The notes under the pieces: model-generated
Told to the model about the DNA's origin: nothing
What the model saw: only the letters and a program-made list of their open reading frames with translations
Databases searched by the model: none
DNA from: Patescibacteria group bacterium
GTDB lineage: Bacteria > Patescibacteriota > Patescibacteriia > UBA1558 > UBA10009
Reading direction: 5' to 3'
NCBI GenBank assembly: GCA_041662565.1
Contig: JBAZSE010000002.1
Coordinates: 91,244-155,243 of the forward strand
Length of the DNA stretch: 64,000 bases
Shown: positions 20,237 through 31,165 of the stretch, piece by piece
How positions within the stretch are numbered: the first letter of the stretch is position 1
Layout of the letters: each line of letters opens with the position of its first letter
Made by a program: the position numbers and the translations under genes

Positions 20237-21406
20237 ATGGCATTATCTCAAATAAAAGCCGGCAAAAGCAGTATCATGGATGAATTGCTGGCCAAAGGCG
20301 AAGGACACGCTTTTCCCCGTGTTGGCGATTTAATTGAAGGCACGGTTATTTCGGCTTCCAAAAACGAAGTTTTATTAGACATTGACGGCTTATCAGCCGG
20401 CGTTGTTAGGGGCAAAGAAATTTACGACGAATCCGAAGAATATTCCGATGTTAAGCCAGGCGACAAAGTTTCGGCCACTGTTTTGGAACTGGAAAACGAA
20501 AACGGCCAATTGGAACTTTCTTTCCGCTACGCCGGGCACCAAAAGGCCTGGGAAACTTTGGAGCAATTAATGAAATCGGGCGAAGTTACCGAAGCCAAAA
20601 TCATTGATGCCAACAAGGGCGGTTTGATGGTTAAGGTGGGCAATGTTATCGGCTTTTTGCCGGTTTCCCAGTTAACTATTGAACACTATCCCCGCGTTGA
20701 AGGCGGAGATAAATCCCGAATCTTGGTGGCTCTTAAAAAATTCACCAATACCTTTTTTAAAGTTAAAGTTATCGACGTTAACGAAAACGACGAAAAATTG
20801 ATTGTTTCGGAAAAAGCCGCTTGGGAAGAAAAACAACAAAAAACTTTATCCAAATTTAAAGTGGGCGATGTGGTTGCCGGCAAAATTACCGGCGTGGTGG
20901 ATTTTGGCGCCTTTATTGAATTTGGCGATGAAGAAGAAACTTTAGAAGGCCTGATTCATATTTCGGAATTGGCCTGGCAAAGAATTGATGATCCCAAAAC
21001 CATCGTTAAAGTGGGTGATAACGTTAAGGCCCAGATTATTTCCATTGATAACGGCAAAATTTCCTTATCCATGAAAAAACTTTTGGATGATCCTTGGAAA
21101 GACGTAACGAAAAAATTCAGCATCGGCGATAAGGTTAAAGGCAAGGTTTTAAAAATCAATCCCTTTGGCGCTTTTGTAGAACTTTCTGCCGATATCCATG
21201 GCTTGATCCATATTTCCGAATTCAACGAACAGCAAAAAATCGATGAATTGAAAGAAAACGAATCTTACAGCTTCTATATAATCTCACTCGAACCTCAAGA
21301 ACACCGTTTGGGCTTATCCCTAAAACCCCTTAAAAAGAAAGAAACAGCTGAACCGCAAGAAACTCCTGCTACGGAAGATGATAAAACCGAAGCAAAAACC
21401 GAATAA
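20237..21406 (+). CDS. rpsA: 30S ribosomal protein S1 (four S1 domains)
   Basis: repeated S1 domains (GDLIEGTV..., GDVVAGKITGVVDFGAFIEF, GDKVKGKVLKINPFGAFVEL). Confidence 0.8.
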   Translation: MALSQIKAGKSSIMDELLAKGEGHAFPRVGDLIEGTVISASKNEVLLDIDGLSAGVVRGKEIYDESEEYSDVKPGDKVSATVLELENENGQLELSFRYAGHQKAWETLEQLMKSGEVTEAKIIDANKGGLMVKVGNVIGFLPVSQLTIEHYPRVEGGDKSRILVALKKFTNTFFKVKVIDVNENDEKLIVSEKAAWEEKQQKTLSKFKVGDVVAGKITGVVDFGAFIEFGDEEETLEGLIHISELAWQRIDDPKTIVKVGDNVKAQIISIDNGKISLSMKKLLDDPWKDVTKKFSIGDKVKGKVLKINPFGAFVELSADIHGLIHISEFNEQQKIDELKENESYSFYIISLEPQEHRLGLSLKPLKKKETAEPQETPATEDDKTEAKTE

Positions 21407-21413
21407 GAAAAAA

Positions 21414-21448
21414 AGCCCCGCCACTAAAAAATCTGACGGGGCTTTTAA
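21414..21448 (+). terminator. intrinsic terminator after rpsA
   Basis: agccccg ... cggggct tttt. Confidence 0.55.
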
Positions 21449-21458
21449 AATACAATCC

Positions 21459-21487
21459 TTGTCAGTTATGGTATTTTATATTATAAT
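21459..21487 (+). promoter_or_regulatory. promoter TTGTCA-17-TATAAT for ftsH, followed by a 5'-UTR hairpin gggcgggtttaaaacccgccc
   Basis: consensus -10; hairpin at ~21495-21518. Confidence 0.55.
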
Positions 21488-21549
21488 ACTGTACGGGCGG
21501 GTTTAAAACCCGCCCCTGCATTAATTCAACTAACACCTTTTAAATACCT

Positions 21550-23367
21550 ATGAAAAATAATTTATTCAAAAATTTTATCATCTTTCTGCTGATCTTTATG
21601 GTTATCGGCAGTTTATTCAGCTTATACAACGCCAAAAACAGCAAACCCGAAAAAATCGGCTTAGGCGAACTGGTTGGCCAGATAAACAACGAACAGATTA
21701 AATCCATTGAAGTAGATGGGGCCCAGTTAAAAATTATTTCTACCGAAGATAAAGAAAAAATCAGCCAAAAAGAACCCAGCGAATCCTTAAGCACTCTTTT
21801 AAAAAACTACGGCGTTGATCCGGTTAAAATTCAAAAAATAAATATCAGCATTAAAGAGGATTCTTCCGGCTCACTTTGGCTAGGCGCTGTGCTGCCATTT
21901 TTAATCCCCTTTTTGCTGATCGGCGTTTTTATCTGGTTTATGCTTAGGCAAGTACAGGGCGCCAATAACCGCGCTATTTCGTTTGGCCAATCCAGCGCCA
22001 AACAATCCAGCAAGGAAACAAAAAGTAAAACCACTTTTGCCGATGTGGCCGGCGCTATTGAAGCCAAAATTGAACTAACCGAAGTGGTGGAATTTTTAAA
22101 AACTCCACAAAAATTTTTGGCGCTTGGCGCTAAAATTCCCAAAGGCGTATTGCTTTTGGGCTCGCCCGGTACCGGCAAAACCTTGCTAGCCAGAGCTGTT
22201 GCTGGTGAAGCCAAAGTTCCTTTTTATCATATTTCCGGATCCGAATTTGTAGAAATGTTTGTGGGCGTGGGCGCTTCCAGAGTGCGCGATTTGTTTCAAA
22301 AAGCCAAAAAAACTTCACCCTGCATTGTGTTCATTGATGAAATTGATGCCGTTGGCAGGCAACGGGGCGCAGGATTAGGCGGAGGGCATGATGAGCGCGA
22401 ACAAACCTTAAACCAAATTTTGGTGGAAATGGACGGCTTTGAAACTCAAACCAATATTATTGTCATTGCCGCTACCAATAGGCCGGATGTTTTAGATCCT
22501 GCTTTGCTTAGGCCGGGTCGTTTTGACAGGCAGGTGGTAATTGATATGCCCGACATTCAAGACCGTGAAGCCATTTTAGCCGTGCACGCCAAAAACAAAC
22601 CCTTGGAACAAACTGCTTTGCTTAAAACCGTAGCCCAAAGAACACCGGGTTTTTCCGGTGCGGATTTGGCCAATGTTTTAAATGAAGCAGCAATCTTGGC
22701 GGCCCGCAACGACAAAAAAACCATCAGCCAAACCGACTTACTGATGAGCATTGAAAAAGTAATGATGGGCCCAGAACGGAAAAGCAAAATTGTTTCGGAT
22801 AAAGAAAAAAAGATTACCGCTTACCACGAAGCCGGACATGCTTTGGTGGCCCATCTTTTGCCCAATGCCGATCCTGTTCATAAAATTTCCATTATTTCCC
22901 GCGGAAGGGCTGCCGGCTACACTATGAAACTGCCCACCGAAGATAGGCAGTTTAAAACTAAAAGCGAATTTATTGATGAACTTTCGGTTTTGTTGGCCGG
23001 ACACACTGCTGAACTGGTAATTTTTGATGAATTAACAACCGGCGCTTCCAGCGACTTAAAACGGGCCACCGATATTGCCCGCAACTTAATTACTGAATAC
23101 GGCATGAGCACTGCTTTGGGCGCTCGTACTTTTGGTAAAAAAGAAGAAATGATTTTCTTGGGCAAAGAAATCCATGAACGCCGTGATTACAGCGAAAAAG
23201 TGGCCGAAGCCATAGATAAAGAACTTTCCAAACTTATTGATGACGCTCAAACTACCGCACGCGAATTAATCGTTAAGCATCGCGCTCAATTGGATAAAAT
23301 TGCCAATGCTCTCTTAGAAAAAGAAACTCTGGAAAAAGAAGAGTTTGCCGACTTGTTCAAAAAATAG
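21550..23367 (+). CDS. ftsH: ATP-dependent zinc metalloprotease FtsH
   Basis: [18 protein letters not shown] Walker A, HEAGHALV zinc motif. Confidence 0.95.
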   Translation: MKNNLFKNFIIFLLIFMVIGSLFSLYNAKNSKPEKIGLGELVGQINNEQIKSIEVDGAQLKIISTEDKEKISQKEPSESLSTLLKNYGVDPVKIQKINISIKEDSSGSLWLGAVLPFLIPFLLIGVFIWFMLRQVQGANNRAISFGQSSAKQSSKETKSKTTFADVAGAIEAKIELTEVVEFLKTPQKFLALGAKIPKGVLLLGSPGTGKTLLARAVAGEAKVPFYHISGSEFVEMFVGVGASRVRDLFQKAKKTSPCIVFIDEIDAVGRQRGAGLGGGHDEREQTLNQILVEMDGFETQTNIIVIAATNRPDVLDPALLRPGRFDRQVVIDMPDIQDREAILAVHAKNKPLEQTALLKTVAQRTPGFSGADLANVLNEAAILAARNDKKTISQTDLLMSIEKVMMGPERKSKIVSDKEKKITAYHEAGHALVAHLLPNADPVHKISIISRGRAAGYTMKLPTEDRQFKTKSEFIDELSVLLAGHTAELVIFDELTTGASSDLKRATDIARNLITEYGMSTALGARTFGKKEEMIFLGKEIHERRDYSEKVAEAIDKELSKLIDDAQTTARELIVKHRAQLDKIANALLEKETLEKEEFADLFKK

Positions 23368-23442
23368 TATAATAATAGAGTAATTCTTAACTTTGAATTT
23401 TTAATTTTGAAAAAAACCAAAATTATAGATTCATATTGATCT

Positions 23443-24432
23443 ATGGACTCACTCTATCGACAAATTCTTAAAAAGGCCTGGTATATTACCAAAAAATTCG
23501 CCTACTTGTGGCCATTAGGAATTATGGCGGCTTTTTTAGGTAATGGCGGCGAATACCAAACCTTATTTAACGAAATTGGCAGGGTAAAAAACCAACCCGA
23601 AACCATTTACGATTGGGCCAATAACCTTAATGCCTTGTTACCAATACTGGATTTATCAATGGAAAATATAATTTCCACCAGCCTTTACTGGGTTTGGGCT
23701 TTAATTATTATCTGCTTGTTTGTTTGGCTGATTGTTTCGGCCCTGGGCGGCTTAATTAAGGGTATTGCTTTAGCCAACACCGACGAAAAAGCCAATTTTT
23801 CAACTTTGCTTAAGATGGGTGCTAAAAAATTTGCTCCGCTTTTGGGCTTAAACATCGTGGCCAAAGCCATTGTTTACGGCATTTTGATTTTAATTTTAAC
23901 CCCATTGATGGTGGCCACTTTTGTACAGGGCGCGGATATGATTAATTGGCTGATTATCATGCTTTCCTTTTTGGTGTTTATACCGCTCACCATTATTGTT
24001 TCCTTGGTTACCAAATACGCCAGTTCTTACGTGATGTTAAATGAAGAAAGATTTTACAGCGCTTTTTTAAACGGCTGGAGATTGTTTAGAGCCAATTGGC
24101 TGGTTAGTTTAGAAATGGCCTTGCTCCTTTTTGCGATTAATTTGGTTATCGGCTTGGGCTTTGTTTTAGCCGCTTTACTGATTTTTTCACCTTTCTTTTT
24201 CTTTGGCTTGGCCTACACCATTGATTCCCCAGATCTTTTTCCGACCTTAATGTATTTAAGCGTTACTTTGGTTTTAATTCTTTCTTTGGCCTTAGGTGCT
24301 TTGCTCGCGGTGTTCCAGGTTAGCTCTTGGACCTTGCTGTATTTGCGCTTAACCACTGGCGGCAAGGCCTATGCCAAACTGGTGCGCTGGGTGGCTGTTT
24401 TACCTGAAAAATTCAAAAAGAAAACCGTCTAA
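23443..24432 (+). CDS. polytopic membrane protein, unknown function
   Basis: 329 aa, 7 or more TM segments. Confidence 0.45.
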   Translation: MDSLYRQILKKAWYITKKFAYLWPLGIMAAFLGNGGEYQTLFNEIGRVKNQPETIYDWANNLNALLPILDLSMENIISTSLYWVWALIIICLFVWLIVSALGGLIKGIALANTDEKANFSTLLKMGAKKFAPLLGLNIVAKAIVYGILILILTPLMVATFVQGADMINWLIIMLSFLVFIPLTIIVSLVTKYASSYVMLNEERFYSAFLNGWRLFRANWLVSLEMALLLFAINLVIGLGFVLAALLIFSPFFFFGLAYTIDSPDLFPTLMYLSVTLVLILSLALGALLAVFQVSSWTLLYLRLTTGGKAYAKLVRWVAVLPEKFKKKTV

Positions 24433-24457
24433 AATAATATTATTTTAAATTATCCTG

Positions 24458-24495
24458 CCCCGACTTTGCAAAGCAAACGTCGGGGTTTGTTTTAA
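24458..24495 (+). terminator. hairpin terminator with conserved loop tttgcaaagcaaa (copy 1)
   Basis: ccccgac tttgcaaagcaaac gtcgggg tttgtttt; near-identical copy at 31114-31156. Confidence 0.55.
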
Positions 24496-24513
24496 AAGCC
24501 AAAATGCGATAAA

Positions 24514-26304
24514 ATGATAGATATGACCGACTTAAACATCAATGATTTAATCAGCCCAAGCGCTACCGAAGGCGAGGCCGGCAATACCCTACCTCAAATG
24601 CCTGCAGATGCGCCTAATACTTCTCCTGCCACGCTCAGCGTGGCCTCTGTTGAAACTACCGAAAAGCTTGAAGATAAAATGGCGGAGATGGAAATTAAAA
24701 ACCTGGAACAGGTGGCTGAAGCCAAGGCCAATGGGTTGGGCATTGCCTATATTGATTTAAAGGGCTTTCCTATTTCCCCCGAAGCCATTGCTTTAATTCC
24801 CCAAGATCAAGCCGAGGCCTTAAGCGTGATTTGTTTTTTTTATTCCGGCACGGAACTGCGTTTGGGTTCATTAAATCCGCTTAACCCACAAATTAAAATC
24901 GTGGCTCAAGAACTTTCCGAAAAATACCACAGCCACATGGAAGTTTATTTGATTTCCCAAAACAGCTTTGATTTGGCTGTAAAAATTTACGATAAATTAC
25001 CCAAAATCCGCAAGAACATCAAGGGCGTGGAAATTTCCGAAGCGGATTTGCAAAAATACGCCAGCAGTTCCACCTCTTTTGACGGTTTGCAAGAAAAAAT
25101 AGACCAAACCAATATTACCGAGCTGATTACTTTGCTGATTGCTTCGGCCTTGCAAACAGGCAGTTCGGATATTCATATTGAAGCGGAAGAAAAAGACATT
25201 AAAATCCGCTTTAGGATAGACGGCGTTTTACATACCGTAGCCAGAATCAAGCAGGAAGAATGGGAAAAAATAATTTCCCGCGTTAAGCTTATTGCCGGCT
25301 TAAAACTAAATATTACCGACTCCCCGCAAGACGGCCGCTTTACCATATTTTTAACCAACGATAAGGTGGATGTTAGAGTTTCAAACATTCCCACCTCTTA
25401 CGGCGAAAGCGTGGTAATGAGAATTTTAAGATCAAGCGCACTCGGATTTAAATTTGAGGCCTTAGGACTGCGAGGCAAATCATTTGTTGATTTAAAGCAC
25501 GAAATTACCAGGCCCAACGGCATGATTGTTTCTACCGGCCCAACCGGCAGTGGTAAAACCACCACTCTTTACGCCATTTTAAACAAGCTAAATGATTCGG
25601 AAACCAAAATTATTACTTTGGAAGATCCGATTGAATACAAATTGGATGGCATTAACCAAAGCCAGATTGATAGAAGCAAAGATTACACTTTTGCCAAAGG
25701 TTTAAAATCCATTTTACGGCAAGATCCGGATATTGTTATGGTAGGTGAAATTAGGGATTTAGAAACAGCCGAAGTGGCCATTAACGCGGCGTTAACCGGG
25801 CATTTGGTTATTTCCACCATCCACACCAACAACGCGGCCGGCGCTATTCCCCGCTTTTTGGCCATGGGTGTTAAGCCCTTTTTGCTCTCGCCGGCTTTAA
25901 ACGCGGTTATCGGCCAGCGCTTGGTAAGGGTAATTTGCCCCAAATGCAAGATTGAAGATAAGATAGATAACGATACCATGACTAAAATTTTAAATATCCT
26001 TTCCAAAATCCCCATCAGTTCGGCCGAAAAATTGGATGATGAAGTTTTACATAATTTAAAATTTTATAAAGGCCAGGGTTGTACCGAATGCCATGGCATC
26101 GGCTTTAAGGGCCGGATTGGCATTTACGAAATAATGACTATGACTCCGGAAATCGAAAAAAATATCCTTTCCGCCAGCGTTTCCGAAAGCGATATTCAGG
26201 ATATTGCCGTTAAAGCCGGCATGGTAACCATGGTTCAAGATGGACTGTTAAAAGCCAAGGATGGCATTACCACGGTAGAAGAGGTGTTTAAAGTGGCTGA
26301 TTAA
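24514..26304 (+). CDS. pilB: type II secretion/type IV pilus assembly ATPase (GspE/PilB family)
   Basis: GSPII_E N-domain, Walker A GPTGSGKTTT, C-terminal tetracysteine CPKC...CTEC. Confidence 0.8.
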   Translation: MIDMTDLNINDLISPSATEGEAGNTLPQMPADAPNTSPATLSVASVETTEKLEDKMAEMEIKNLEQVAEAKANGLGIAYIDLKGFPISPEAIALIPQDQAEALSVICFFYSGTELRLGSLNPLNPQIKIVAQELSEKYHSHMEVYLISQNSFDLAVKIYDKLPKIRKNIKGVEISEADLQKYASSSTSFDGLQEKIDQTNITELITLLIASALQTGSSDIHIEAEEKDIKIRFRIDGVLHTVARIKQEEWEKIISRVKLIAGLKLNITDSPQDGRFTIFLTNDKVDVRVSNIPTSYGESVVMRILRSSALGFKFEALGLRGKSFVDLKHEITRPNGMIVSTGPTGSGKTTTLYAILNKLNDSETKIITLEDPIEYKLDGINQSQIDRSKDYTFAKGLKSILRQDPDIVMVGEIRDLETAEVAINAALTGHLVISTIHTNNAAGAIPRFLAMGVKPFLLSPALNAVIGQRLVRVICPKCKIEDKIDNDTMTKILNILSKIPISSAEKLDDEVLHNLKFYKGQGCTECHGIGFKGRIGIYEIMTMTPEIEKNILSASVSESDIQDIAVKAGMVTMVQDGLLKAKDGITTVEEVFKVAD

Positions 26305-28840
26305 TTTTTTCCTGCGCTAACCGCAATTTTTCTTGTTCTTTCTCAATCACTGCTTGCGGCGCCTTGCCGGTAAATTCCGGATTAGCCAATTTTATCTTTA
26401 AAGAGTTAATATATTTTTGCAAATCAGCAATTTCCAATTGCTTTTTTTTATTGAGATCGGCGTTTTCTGGAACAGCCAAAACAATAGCCACTTTGGGTAA
26501 ATTAATCTTAAGGCCAATTGCTTGAGGCATTACTTTAACTTTGGCCAAACCTTCTAATAAGGTTAAATTTTCGTTAACAGCTTTAACTGATGTTTTAATA
26601 CTACACTCCAAAATTTCCTTGGGGCTAATTGCTTGAGCGCTTCTAATATTTCTGATGGCGGACACCGCTTCTTGAATCAAGGTAAATGTTTCAGTTTTAA
26701 ATTTTAAGTTTTTAGCTTTAAGTTGCGGCCACTTTTCTACCATCAACAAAGTTTTTTTGCCCATCTCGCTCCAAATCGCTTCGGTCACAAACGGGCAAAA
26801 CGGATGCCAAAGAATCAATAATTTTTCCAGCAGAGGCAATAATATTTCTGTTTTATCGCCTTCAATTTTAGCAATCTCCAAATACCAATCGGCCAGCTTA
26901 TTCCAAGTAAATTCATACAATTCCTCACCGGCAGCCGAAAACTTAAACTCCTCGATATTTTTGGTGGTTGAAACAATAAGCTTATCAAATTCTGATAAAA
27001 TCCATTGATCGGCTAAAGTTTTAGCGATTGGATCTTGTAACTTGGAATTTTTTTGTTGATTGTCGCTTGTTGGTTGTTGATTGGCTAAAATGTATCTGCT
27101 GATATTCCAAAGCTTGTTGACAAAATTGCGGTAACCGGCGATTTTTTCTTCATACAACCGCAAATCAGTGCCCGGAGTTGCCCCAATAATCATGGATAAA
27201 CGCAAGGCATCGGCCCCAAATTTATTTATCATTTCCAAAGGATCAATGCCATTACCTAAACTTTTGGACATTTTCCGGCCTTCTTTATCCTTAACCATGG
27301 CGTGCAGATAAACGGTTTTAAAAGGCACTTCTTTCATAAAATAGCACGACATGATAATCATTCTGGCTACCCAGAAAAACAAAATATCGTACATGGTTTC
27401 CAACACGCTAGTTGGATGGAAAGTTTTTAAATCTTTGGTTTTATTTGGCCAACCAAGAGTGGAAAAAGTCCATAAGCCGGAAGAAAACCAAGTATCCAAA
27501 GTATCTTGATCCTGCTGCCAACCTGCTTCTTTTGGCGCCTCCAAACCAACAAAAATTTCGGCGCCTTTATACCAAACAGGAATTTGATGGCCGTACCAAA
27601 TCTGCCGAGAAATACACCAATCATGCAAATTATCCATCCATTGGAAATAGGTTTTATTAAACCGATCGGGGATAATTTTAATACCACCCTTTTTAACCGC
27701 TTCACTGGCCAGCTGTTTTAACGATTTTCCTCTGCCTGGGATTTGATGGTTTACCGCCACAAACCATTGCTTGGAAGGCAAGGGCTCAATCGGAGTGCCA
27801 CAACGATAACAGACCGATAAATTATGAACATACTCTTCATCAATTTTTTCCACCAGACCTTTTTGTTGCAACTTTTTAACAATACCACTTCTGGCTTGCA
27901 AAGCATTTTGCCCGGCAAATTCACCGGCCAATTCGGTTAAATTGCCATGTTGATCAATAATCTTTTCTAAGGGTAAATGATATTTTTGCGCCAGTTCAAA
28001 ATCAGTAAAACTATGAGCCGGAGTTATAGTCATGGCGCCGGTGCCCAATTCCATTTCTGCCACCGGATCGGCAATTACCCTGGCTTTAACCGGACCATTA
28101 ATCCATTCCACTTCAAACTCCTTGCCGACCAAAGCTTTATACCTCTCATCTTTAGGATGGACAATAATTGTTTTATCGGAAAATTTAGTTTCGGGCCTGG
28201 CTGTGCCGATAACCACCGGACCGTATTTAAAATAATAAAACGGGGCTTTTTCTTCTTTATATTCCACTTCATCATCGGCCAATGTTGATTGGCATCTGGG
28301 GCACCAATTTACCACCCGTTCACCGCGGTAAATTAAACCGTCATCATACATTTTTTTAAAAGCGGTTCTAACGGCTAAAGACAAATTGGCATCCAAAGTA
28401 AATCTTTCCCTGCTCCAATCCAAACTGGAGCCCATTTTTTTAATTTGGTTTCTAATGATGACTTTGGCTTCTTCGGCAAATTGATTGACCTTGGTTAAAA
28501 ATTTTTCCCGACCCAAATCATGGCGGGTTTGACCCTGCTTTTTAAGTTCTTTTTCCACCACGTTTTGGGTGGCAATGGCCGCATGATCCATACCCGGCAA
28601 CCACAAAGTTTTATCGCCCAACAGGCGATGATAACGGATCATAATATCTTGGTACGAAAGCATGGAAGCATGGCCCAAATGAAGCTTGCCGGTTACATTG
28701 GGCGGAGGCAAGGCAATGGAAAATGATTTAGCCCGCTTGCCAGGCAAATTATCGGGATTAAAAAAACCCGATTCTTCCCAAGAGCGGTAAATTTTATCTT
28801 CGTAATTTTCGGGCTGATAATTTTTATCTAATTCCGGCAT
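26288..28840 (-). CDS. valS: valine--tRNA ligase
   Basis: PPPNVTGKLHLGHA HIGH motif, KMSKS, C-terminal coiled coil. Confidence 0.95.
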   Translation of the reverse strand: MPELDKNYQPENYEDKIYRSWEESGFFNPDNLPGKRAKSFSIALPPPNVTGKLHLGHASMLSYQDIMIRYHRLLGDKTLWLPGMDHAAIATQNVVEKELKKQGQTRHDLGREKFLTKVNQFAEEAKVIIRNQIKKMGSSLDWSRERFTLDANLSLAVRTAFKKMYDDGLIYRGERVVNWCPRCQSTLADDEVEYKEEKAPFYYFKYGPVVIGTARPETKFSDKTIIVHPKDERYKALVGKEFEVEWINGPVKARVIADPVAEMELGTGAMTITPAHSFTDFELAQKYHLPLEKIIDQHGNLTELAGEFAGQNALQARSGIVKKLQQKGLVEKIDEEYVHNLSVCYRCGTPIEPLPSKQWFVAVNHQIPGRGKSLKQLASEAVKKGGIKIIPDRFNKTYFQWMDNLHDWCISRQIWYGHQIPVWYKGAEIFVGLEAPKEAGWQQDQDTLDTWFSSGLWTFSTLGWPNKTKDLKTFHPTSVLETMYDILFFWVARMIIMSCYFMKEVPFKTVYLHAMVKDKEGRKMSKSLGNGIDPLEMINKFGADALRLSMIIGATPGTDLRLYEEKIAGYRNFVNKLWNISRYILANQQPTSDNQQKNSKLQDPIAKTLADQWILSEFDKLIVSTTKNIEEFKFSAAGEELYEFTWNKLADWYLEIAKIEGDKTEILLPLLEKLLILWHPFCPFVTEAIWSEMGKKTLLMVEKWPQLKAKNLKFKTETFTLIQEAVSAIRNIRSAQAISPKEILECSIKTSVKAVNENLTLLEGLAKVKVMPQAIGLKINLPKVAIVLAVPENADLNKKKQLEIADLQKYINSLKIKLANPEFTGKAPQAVIEKEQEKLRLAQEKINQPL

Positions 28841-29057
28841 AAAAATACAGATTTATATCAGGAGAAGTGGGTTAAAGAATGAAATTTTTGCAACCGCGCG
28901 GCCGTTTAAGCATCGCCAAGCGTGACCAAAAGTATTTAGATCGGCGGGCATAACCGACGTCTTTCTGACAATAACCATTGGCGCGTTCCGCGAGGTGAAA
29001 AAATTTTATTCTTTAACCTACAAAAATTCATTTCTTGTCCTAAAAATTCCAAAACTA

Positions 29058-30047
29058 TTACTTGATAAAGCTTGCACTTTTGGCATTCTCCGTAAACTGA
29101 TCAATTTCTTCTTGGCTAAAAATCTCATTGGTCCGAACAAATTCCAGCTCTTTAAACAAGTTGGTGCGGTACATTTCCGGACCATCGGTATTAATTGTCA
29201 GCTTAACTCCATTTTGATGTAAGGTTTGATAAATCTTTTTTTCTTCGGCCAATGATTTAATCACCCCGCATTTTAAATTGGAAGTTGGGCACAGTTCCAA
29301 AACAATATCATTCTTAACCAGATCTTTCATTAATTGAGAATCCTGCCAAGCTAAAAATCCGTGGCCAATCCGATCAGGTTTGATTAATTTTACCACCTGG
29401 CGCATTTCTTCCAAATTACCTTCTTCACCGGTATGAATAGTTACGCCCAAACCCTGTTTTTTGGCTTCTTTAAACAAATCCACGTAATCTGCCATTTTAA
29501 ATTTAGGATCTTGCGGTCCGGCCACATCCAAACCGATAATGCCTCGGTTTTGGTATTTTAATGCCTTATGCAAAATAATTTCGTTTAACTGATACGAAAA
29601 AGTCCTATCCAGCATTAAAATTAGGCCGGCTTTAACTTGAGGATATTCCAACACCGCCCGATCCATACCCCGAATTGCGGCCATAATAATATGATCCAAA
29701 TCCTGTTCGCCACCTCTATTACGCTTCATGGGATTAAACCGCAACTCATGAGTGGTAATATTGCACTTGCGGTAACCGCCACCAATCACCGATTGCACCG
29801 ATGTTTCTACCGCCAAAGGCGAAGATTGAATTAATTCTGTCCAATAAAAAAGCTGTTTATCCACTTCGGCTACGCTTTGGTAATCGTCGGAACCGCCAAT
29901 GGTAATCAGCTTTTCAAAATCCCAATAATTTTTACTGGGCAGTTTAATGCCTTGGGTATGGGCAATAGACCACATAATGGGCGGATCAACGGCCGCACCC
30001 AAATGATTATGCAAATCCACCCGATCGGGCATGTTTTTTAAATTCAT
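29058..30047 (-). CDS. adenosine/AMP deaminase-family amidohydrolase
   Basis: VDLHNHL metal-binding HxH N-terminus, TIM-barrel deaminase pattern. Confidence 0.55.
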   Translation of the reverse strand: MNLKNMPDRVDLHNHLGAAVDPPIMWSIAHTQGIKLPSKNYWDFEKLITIGGSDDYQSVAEVDKQLFYWTELIQSSPLAVETSVQSVIGGGYRKCNITTHELRFNPMKRNRGGEQDLDHIIMAAIRGMDRAVLEYPQVKAGLILMLDRTFSYQLNEIILHKALKYQNRGIIGLDVAGPQDPKFKMADYVDLFKEAKKQGLGVTIHTGEEGNLEEMRQVVKLIKPDRIGHGFLAWQDSQLMKDLVKNDIVLELCPTSNLKCGVIKSLAEEKKIYQTLHQNGVKLTINTDGPEMYRTNLFKELEFVRTNEIFSQEEIDQFTENAKSASFIK

Positions 30048-30172
30048 GAAGATAAAAGTAAAAATTAAATCTCTTCATAATATACAATAAAAAAGGCCCT
30101 AAGTCAATTTTAAACCAAACAAAAACCGTTTCGACTTTCTTTACAAAAATCGGAACGGTCAATAAAATTGAT

Positions 30173-31105
30173 TTATTTTTTTGTTATTTCATCAAGCTCT
30201 TCCGGGGTAATGCCTAAACCTTGGGCCAAATTTGATTTCTCATTGTTATCCATGTTTCTAATATTACTATTCACCGCTTCTTTGGCAGTAACAAATTTAT
30301 CGATTATCACCGAAGCGGGATCATTCAAACAATCACGCAAATCTTCGTCAACCTTTCTAAAATCGTCGCTTTTAGCCATTAAAGAAAGACCAAAATCAGA
30401 ATAAGGTATAAAAGGTTTTAAATTCGCCTCTGACCAATTAGTATTTACTTCTTTTTTGTCATTTCTATCGCAATAAGATCTTAGAATGTTAAATCTTTCA
30501 TCAACCGATAATTGACGCCAAATTGCAGCCATCTGTATTTGCTGAAAATTTTTGTCCTTTAATTCTGCTGGTACTTCTAAGTCCTTAATTTCAAATTGAT
30601 GATTTTGAGGATTGTATAATTTTCTAACAATAGCCGTAGGGCCACTCCATAAAACACGCTTGTTAAGCACTTGCTCTTCATCTTTATAAATATTAATACG
30701 GTTAGCATTAGCATATTGGCTAACACTCATATCTTCTAACCTATTAAAATAAAGTTCGTCCTGTTCGGCTGCTCGTAGCACATCAATTCTTTCCTGTGGA
30801 CTTAAATTCTGCCAGGCCTGGTCCATTTCTGTTAATAATGCCTCTTCCGGGCTTTGTTTATATTCCGAGCTGCTTCTCTCAAGCGCTCTTTTTCTTTTAC
30901 CTACCTCTTTTTGTATCCATACCTTATCCTTTTCTTTCACACTTTGTAATCGCTCGGCTCTTTCCTCTGAACTTAAACCCGGGAACAGCGTATCTATGTC
31001 TGCTAACATTTCTCTATCAATATCCGCTAATATTTCCAAATCTTCCGGATTTTCTTGTTCCGGGTGTTCTTTGGCTGTTAAAGTATTTTTAAAAATTTCG
31101 TTCAT
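30173..31105 (-). CDS. hypothetical acidic protein
   Basis: 310 aa ORF. Confidence 0.4.
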   Translation of the reverse strand: MNEIFKNTLTAKEHPEQENPEDLEILADIDREMLADIDTLFPGLSSEERAERLQSVKEKDKVWIQKEVGKRKRALERSSSEYKQSPEEALLTEMDQAWQNLSPQERIDVLRAAEQDELYFNRLEDMSVSQYANANRINIYKDEEQVLNKRVLWSGPTAIVRKLYNPQNHQFEIKDLEVPAELKDKNFQQIQMAAIWRQLSVDERFNILRSYCDRNDKKEVNTNWSEANLKPFIPYSDFGLSLMAKSDDFRKVDEDLRDCLNDPASVIIDKFVTAKEAVNSNIRNMDNNEKSNLAQGLGITPEELDEITKK

Positions 31106-31113
31106 AATAAAGT

Positions 31114-31156
31114 TACGTCCCGGCTTTGCAAAGCAAACGTCGGGACGGTTTTTTAA
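31114..31156 (-). terminator. hairpin terminator with conserved loop tttgcaaagcaaa (copy 2)
   Basis: cgtcccggc tttgcaaagcaaac gtcgggacg gtttttt. Confidence 0.55.
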
Positions 31157-31165
31157 TTTATATAA

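Noticed and set aside
26757-28726. Multiple short ORFs inside valS on both strands
   Set aside because: Embedded in valS CDS; spurious.
28841-29057. T-box leader upstream of valS
   Set aside because: GC-rich leader present, but no GGTGGTACCGCG-like T-box sequence on the valS-sense strand.
28995-29222. 75-aa plus-strand ORF
   Set aside because: Overlaps the 3' end of the adenosine-deaminase-family gene on the opposite strand; no RBS or promoter.
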